Shown piece after piece: positions 58,031-64,000 of a stretch of 64,000 nt of DNA. Below the pieces are notes generated by a model that was not told the DNA's origin, did no database searches, and was given only the letters and a program-made list of their open reading frames with translations. Each line of letters begins with the position of its first letter. The first letter of the stretch is position 1. Location: contig OX597834.1 of the NCBI GenBank assembly GCA_951406725.2, positions 38,006,001-38,070,000 of the forward strand. Reading direction: 5' to 3'. The stretch is from Octopus vulgaris (taxonomy: Eukaryota). Both the position numbers and the translations under genes were made by a program.

Positions 58031-59041
58031 TCAATCTGTTCTCATAGACACATGTTTATATGTGGGGAGTGCTTCATATTTACCATATGGCTGCTTTTAA
58101 CATGCTAAACTGTATTTCCAAACCATTTGCATATAACATGCATATTATAATATGCATACTTACATATATGCATACAAACATGCACATGCATACATACACA
58201 CACATACATACATACATACATACATACATACATACATACACACATACATACATGCATACACACATACATACATACATGCATACATACATACATACATACA
58301 TACATACATACATGCATACATACATACATAGATACATACATACATACACACATACATACATGCATACATACATACATACATACATACACACACACATACA
58401 TACATACATACATACATACATACATACATACATACATACATACATACATACATACATACATACATACATACATACGTACGTACAAGATTTATTTATTTGC
58501 TTCCTGGTAGAAGATGCAAAAGTGCACTCCGTACACACTGGATGCTCTACAGTGTTTGACGTATGCATGTGGGTATCGAATAATATTTTAAGGCAATGCT
58601 TAAAGAATTAAAGCAAACGTGAGCTTAAGTACAACGAGATCGTGGGAGGGTGTGTGGCTGGCTGCAAAGAGAATCCTTTGTACGCATTCGAAGACATTCT
58701 TGAAGATGTGTTCGTGTATGCGAGTGCGCGTCGGTGCGTGTGAGGAATCTAGGATGAGGAGAAAGACTTTAAGTCTGCTGATTTAGTCTGAATGACGTCC
58801 AATACTTTTGATTAGAGGAAATGGAATGAAAACTGTGCAGTTCCTTGTGCTACATTTGAGTGTAATATGGTAATAGTGTGCACTTGCGATTCCATGCATT
58901 TTTTGTTTCTTTCTTTCTATGTATATGTGTGATACGTACATACATACGCAGACACACACATATACACACACAAGCATTTATATGCATGCATGTATATACA
59001 TATATACATACATTCATGTATGTATATCTCTATGTCTATAT

Positions 59042-59086
<45 letters not shown>

Positions 59087-59105
59087 CACATATATATATA
59101 TAAAT

Positions 59106-59237
<132 letters not shown>

Positions 59238-59989
59238 AGTACATGATAAGGGATATATGAGATGTATATGTGTATTGGGTGTAATCATACCGGATGTGTA
59301 CATCTTGTCAGACACGCGCACAAAAACAGCCACACAGACACATACACTCATACGCTCACACACACACACAAACACACACACACATAAACACACATACACA
59401 GACATACACTCGCATACATGTGTATGCACGTGTAAATGTGCGCGCGTGCGTGTGTTGTAAGTTAAAGTAATGGAAAAGAATGTATATATAATTTATTAAT
59501 TAGGTACAAATCCTTCGGCAAGTAGATTTAAGTGCCTTGCCCTGGAACATAAGCCAAATACACTCAACTCTCCTTATGTACTGACGCCTCATGATCATGG
59601 CGAATTATACACACACACATACACATACACACACATACACATACACGCACGCACACGCACACGTGCACTCTAATGCATACATATACATATATATTTAGAT
59701 ATATATATATACACACACACATACATGTATTTACATATATACATTAATACATACACAAATATGTGTATATGCATATTTATATATATAACTATATGTATTT
59801 TTGTGCGTATGCATATATAAATATGTATGATTTATATTTATATATATATACATATATGCATGTTTGTGTATATACATAAATATATATATATATATATAAT
59901 TTATATATGCTCATACATACACACATAAATAATATATATGTGTATGTATATATATATATATGTATATATATGTATATACATATATATGA

Positions 59990-60106
<117 letters not shown>

Positions 60107-60490
60107 TGTGTATGAGTCTGTATTTGTATTGCCTATAGTTGTCTATATATCTATACATACGTGTGCGCGTGTTTGTGTATGCATGTACGTACTTATGCAT
60201 GTACTTGTAGGTATGTGTGTGAAATTACAATGGTAGAGTGTTTATGATGTTGTAGCTTCCTGAATTTATATTACATATTCTAGTCAGAATATTGCAATAG
60301 CCTTCAACAAGTCACTTAACTTTATCTCCATGTTGATACTTAGCTGAAATTTTGATTCTAAAAATAATCAGCTGAGTTGAAGGCTCTCAAAATGTATTGT
60401 TTCTCCAATGGATTACCCTGTGTGCTATTTACTTAATCACTTACTTCCATCATTGGGTGAACAACTATTTTTTGGTCATGATTACAAATT

Positions 60491-60958
60491 CTAAGCAGTG
60501 ACCGAGGGAAAAATAAACTTGATACCAGTTCAAAAACCTTCGAGTAATATTTGATCCCGTAAAGGTTTTTCACTGTTGTTTGTCATGGAGACGTAATCAC
60601 ATTGAAGACAAAAAGGCGTAAAACCATCGTGATCAGTTCAGAGCGCCTTCTATTGAACTGGTGTATGTATGCATTTCGAAGTAGTTATCTTCTCGTCAGT
60701 ACTAGACACTGAAGGGATACGACTCTAATGCTAATCCGTGACACATTTCTATTGCCAATCCGAAGTAAATTCATGAGGAGATGCGCTAAGCAGTGACTGA
60801 GTAGAAAATAATTTGATACCAGTTCGAATATGTCTGAAAGATACTTGAAGCTGTAAAAGGTTTTTCATTGCATTTTGTTATGGAGAATCATTCTCACTAG
60901 AAACAAAAAAGTTTTTAAAAAACCATGATCAGTTCAGATCGCCCTTCTATTGGACTAG
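60491..60958. repeat. Diverged direct duplication, ~170 bp units ~295 bp apart
   Basis: CTAAGCAGTGAC...TTGATACCAGTTC...GATCAGTTCAGA..CTTCTATTG at ~60491-60660 and ~60786-60958. Confidence 0.85.
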
Positions 60959-62224
60959 CGGACACAGTGGAAGGATTTGAGATCGACACAACATGATAAC
61001 GAATCACTCCTCAATTATGAATCACTTCCACGATTACGGCTGTGTTTCTGCTGAAATCTCGTTCGAGAGAAATAAACAAACAGTTTAAAACACTTCAATA
61101 TTGCCAAAGTTTCGCTTCCATAATTTTGTTATGCTTTATGTTGTTTTGTTTCTTATGTTGTCTTGTTAAACAGAAGCAATCATCTACAATGAGCTGATGT
61201 TTCTATTACAGCTGTAAGTGTGAGTGTTGAATTCCACAACTTTGCATTTAATGAAAAAAGAAAACAAATTATTTTTATGTTTTGGAACTTCGGAAAAATC
61301 TAGTTTTTCACATACTGAAGCAAAAATGCGGTTTGTTGTTGGACATTCTTGTATATTTTATTTTATAACTATTTGCTTATTTTTTTCTTTTCTTCTTTGG
61401 TAAACACACCTATCAAGAATTTTGATCAGCTTCTCGAAATTTTTGCAAACGTAAGCATGATTTTTAAAAAAATACAAATTTGAGAAACAAATGAAATCGC
61501 TTAAACAAGCAAATAGACATTTGCACCGAGAAGAAGAAAATGGCAATTTTACAAAAGCGTCTAACAATGAAGAAATCAACATAAGTAATGAATATTTTGT
61601 CAATGTTGCTAGCTGAAGAGCAATTCTGAATGTGGGTCGATTCTCAGAAGAAACTGTTTGGGACAGATATGTCACAAAATTTATTGCCTCCCAATATGGC
61701 GATTTTTATCGAAGAGAGGACAAGTAGAAAACTCTTTCCAAAAGCAGAAAGGTTTTCGGTGTTCCCTCAAAAGAGCAGTTGAAAGACTTCTTACTAGCAT
61801 TTGGTAAGGACACAGCCTTTGCCCTTCAAACTTGAAACTCGAAACAGTAAGGCTACGATAAATACCTTTCGGCATTTCTTCCGACTCTTTACGTTCTCAG
61901 TTCAAATCCCGCTGAGTTCAACTTTGCTCTCCATCCTTTCTGGGGAGTGGGGGCTCCAAACCGTGGGGGTAAAACCACTTTCTGCAGTTAACGGTAATAA
62001 AATTTTGAGCGGTTATATCTGCTTTCCACGTTCAAATGGTTTTAAAAAATAGTGAAAGATTGATCTGATAGATTTGCTGAGACCGATGCAACCGACTTCA
62101 CTCATCTCTCTACAACTGCGTTGCTCTGTGTTAATGTTTGACTTCTTTGTTAGTCTTGGATAATTGGGTTGAGACAGAAAATTAAACTCATGAGTAACTG
62201 ATTCACTAACCCTTTCATGAACAC

Positions 62225-62719
62225 CAGTGGCTCTCAACCGGGGTCCATATGGCTCTTGGGGCTCCATCTAGGATATTGTTATCAAAATTTATGTACAATA
62301 AATTGTTAATACTTCTACAATACACAGAATATTTTAAGAGAATGAACTAAGTGGAGCAGGAGCACTCACAAGGACGGAAAGTGTCGCTGAAGAGGTCACA
62401 GATGTGTGACGAAAGATTTCCGGACAATAGACATGAGTTAAAATAAGATGAGTAATAAACAAGTGAAGAGCCAACATATACCTCGTGTGTTTATTTGGCA
62501 AAAAAATGACCATCCCGAAATACTACAATATTTCTTTCAACACACATTTTCACATCAGGAATCTTGCAACACAAATTCATAAACGTTTTTTTTTTTTATA
62601 TACATTTCCTAAAATATTTAATTATAAAAGTATAATAGGATTTTTTAAGCATCAAGTGGCTGTGAGAAAAAGAGGAATCGAAGGGGTCTATTGGTAAGGA
62701 AAATGATTAAGAATCAATG
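62225..62719. mobile_element. Degenerate hAT-type MITE
   Basis: CAGTGGCTCTCAACC left end and degenerate GATTAAGAATCAATG right end; no target duplication seen. Confidence 0.5.
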
Positions 62720-63843
62720 GCCCTTAATCGGAATAGCAGCGTCTCCGAGGGACATTATTAGTTCGCAAGGGGTGGCATATTCTAAGGTGACACTATAGAG
62801 AAATTTGGATGCTTTGAGAGGTTGTACTTTTTCTTACAGAGAAAATATTAAGTACAATAATTATATTTTAAACACACGTTCAAAAAAAAATCTTTGCCGG
62901 AATAAAACTACGGAAAGTTCAGTGTTCAGTGTCATCAACGAGAAGAAACATGGCTGACGGTGGATTAAGGCCTAATGTAATTTTGTTATATAAATTCTCA
63001 CCCGTTTCTTCAATAATTTCCGTGAGGATTTAACATAGGGACGATAATTCATGCAAACATGTAACAACGTGGCACATGTTGGATGTGCTAATATCAGAAA
63101 ATATCGATAAAAAAATCACCGCTCAAAATTAGCTTCCGTTTGTTTAAGATAATGTTTTTTTAATTTTTTATGTTTTTCTTGCAAAACATTCAGTACAAGG
63201 GGACACTGATAAAATAAAAAGGTGGGGCAAAAACCACTGTTCTTCACTTGGAACAATCGAATACAATTCCATTATATCCCTAATAATCATGATATGAAAG
63301 CAACAGAATGTGTTTCTCTCTCCTCTTCCAACAGAATGTTGGTCATTCTAGTCTCGTCTCTTGGTATCAAACCAATAACTAATAACAACGACAGAAAAAA
63401 AAAGGAAAAAAAATCGAAGTCAACTCTTAACTCCAGAATACAAACTCTGTGTTTGTTTTGATTCTCTTTAATGCATTGCTTGTGTAATTATAGTTCATGA
63501 TGCCTGACTCTCTCTTGTGTCTCATTTTGATCTGTTATTACAGGAGTTGACAGGAAATGCTGCTAATCTCTCACAGCTAACACATTTCCTAACAATCATT
63601 GAAATCTAATCCTTTGATTACGATTATTTTTTTTTCTCTCAATAATCAAGAACATGATAACAGTTTTAAAAAATGTTTTACAAACGAAGCTCTTGGAATA
63701 AATTTAACCTTGACTAATAAATGTGTATTCGCCACTAATTATCTGATATTTCTTGCTCACGCATTTTGTAATGGAGAAATTTGTGATATCTAATATCATT
63801 TATTTTATATTATAATGCAAATGGTGTGAACTGGCGTTGTTGG

Positions 63844-63999
63844 TTACAGTTTTCCAACGGTAAAGACCAGCCATGGCTTCACTGTAGTTTTGACAGCACG
63901 AATGACGAGGGAGTATTTCTTACTCGATTCAGAACAAATATCACACGGAGCTTTGTTCCCAAAGAACCGCCTTTCCGGGTTCATTTGCTGATGTGCATT
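63844..63999 (-). other. Possible coding segment cut by the window edge
   Basis: Higher-complexity, less AT-rich stretch; minus frame open to TAA (…RRFFGNKAPCDICSESSKKYSLVIRAVKTTVKPWLVFTVGKL*); the in-register plus frame is also open. No family recognised. Confidence 0.25.
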
Positions 64000-64000
64000 G

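Noticed and set aside
62785-62798. 14-nt match to the SP6 promoter (AGGTGACACTATAG)
   Set aside because: Incomplete match with no flanking vector sequence; a related AAGGGGACACTG occurs at ~63197, so chance or a transposon end is more likely.

Overview
AT-rich, microsatellite-saturated animal genomic DNA, most likely octopus (inferred from recalled tRNA-derived SINE families, not database-checked). Nearly all listed ORFs are simple-repeat artefacts. The only well-supported host gene is one + strand coding exon (48166-48364) encoding a signal peptide plus the YPNP..CGR..SWLCDPD motif of MOLO-1/TPM-domain proteins; I found no downstream exons in the window. The rest is layered mobile DNA: four SINE families, R4/Dong-type restriction-endonuclease-like (REL) LINE pieces in (TAA)n, a second REL LINE associated with (TACA)n, CR1/L2-like 3' ends, ORF1/zinc-knuckle fragments and MITEs. 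The most notable signal is a set of hammerhead-ribozyme motifs. One is a full type I hammerhead with an intact core (3613-3692, minus). Another pair lies in a palindromic Penelope-like element bounded by a 10-bp target duplication (55917-56493). Several minimal or variant cores also occur. Other structure includes an inverted ~0.75 kb duplication with a divergence gradient and a higher-order satellite. All folds and alignments were done by eye, and repeat boundaries are approximate.
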